The position numbers and the translations under genes were made by a program. 64,000 nucleotides of DNA from the human T2T-CHM13v2.0 reference genome, Homo sapiens. Location of the stretch: NCBI RefSeq assembly GCF_009914755.1, contig NC_060930.1; one strand, written 5' to 3'. The notes beneath the pieces are model-generated. The model was not told the DNA's origin. It did no database searches and saw nothing but the letters and a program-made list of their open reading frames with translations. Positions 62,890-64,000 of this stretch are shown here, in pieces. The stretch's first letter is position 1. Each line of letters begins with the position of its first letter.

Positions 62890-64000
62890 TTTTTTTTCCT
62901 GATATCTGTATCTTTGGTACAGTTCTTATTCATAACCTAAATTGTTTTCCTGATTTCTTTGTATAATTTTTAAATACTGTCTGGTATCTCACTGAGCTGT
63001 TTTAGTAACAAAATTTTGAATACTCTGCCTGGGATTGTTGACATTTCTTTTTTATTGGGATCTGTTGCTGGAGAATTATTGTGTCCTTATGTTGATATCT
63101 GCATATCTAGTATAACAGTTACTTTTTTAAATTTTTTGAATTTGCTCTCATGGGGAGGACTTTTTCCAGAAGATGTATCTAAGGTGTAGTTTGGGTAGGG
63201 TTCTCTGGTTTTGATTCTGGGTGTGTACAATAGTGCAGTCTCTGTATGATTTCTTCATCTGTAAACAGTGTCAGTGGTGTCTGTGATTTCTTTGGTGGCT
63301 TAGGATATGGTTGTTAGTGGAGGCTGTGCTGAAGTCTTGCTAAGAACTGAGATGCCAGTTGGGCCAGTCTTCGGCTTCCATTGGTAGAATCAGTGGGATG
63401 AGCATGTGTGTCCTTGGGCCCCAGGGCAGCATACACTGGCACCAATGTTAGCGGGTTTAGGCAAGACAGTTCTTGTGCTTCCAAGTGGCTTGCTTGGCTT
63501 CTGGGAATGGCATCAGTAGTTCAGGTATGAAGTTGAATTCTTGAGCCCTTTGGCAGTGGATGTGGTGTGGGTGATGGCAGTAGCAGTGGTGGGACAGCCC
63601 TCTGGGACCCGTGTAGTCCATGCTGATATTGGCAATGGCTGTGACAGGTTGGGCAGGTCAGTTCCCAGATCCACAGGAGGCACATGAGTGTGGATGTCAG
63701 CTGTGGTGCCAGGGGAAGGTTGAGTGGGGCTGACCTCAGATCCCAGGAGGGGTGCTGAGGAGCTACCAGTGATGGACTGGGCTAAGTGACCCTCGGGCCC
63801 CTGTACGGTGTGCTCAGATTCTGTGGGTGGGTGAAGCCAGGCTGAGTAGACCTTCCCATGGGCTCCTTGGTGGTGTATGAGGCACTGGCTATGGTAGGCA
63901 GGGGCAGGGGGATCCCCAGGCCACAGATGGAATGCTCAGATAGGGGTGGTAGTGGCTGTTTTGTGGTCATGGACTGGGGAGGACTGGGTTGCTTTTCCTG
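62890..64000 (-). mobile_element. L1M 5' UTR and ORF1 start, runs off the window
   Basis: GGATCTGTTGCTGGAGAATTATTGTG and a G-rich antisense L1 5' UTR-like tract. Confidence 0.7.

Overview
Human (primate) genomic DNA, AT-rich and dominated by LINE-1. I recognise it from the encoded proteins as part of the olfactory-receptor cluster in the extended MHC class I region (6p22). It holds two intact single-exon OR ORFs on the minus strand (OR5V1, 28006-28971; OR12D3, 47125-48075) and a disabled, intronless DDX6 retrocopy (DDX6P1, CDS remnant about 2402-3837, minus). The rest is mostly L1 of several ages (including one full-length L1PA7/8-type copy), Alu/FAM/FLAM SINEs (one near-perfect AluYa5), three solo LTRs with clean target-site duplications, and L2/MIR remnants. 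Almost all other ORFs in the supplied track are repeat-derived or random. I see no convincing wholly new biological system. The best leads are: a candidate Lhx2/Ebf composite-motif OR enhancer near 16.9 kb; loss of two near-invariant OR residues in OR12D3; a uORF and alternative acceptors in front of OR5V1; an L1 ORF0/antisense-promoter unit pointing at OR5V1; and several unusual retro-insertion or repair scars. Repeat subfamily names and old-repeat boundaries are by eye and approximate.
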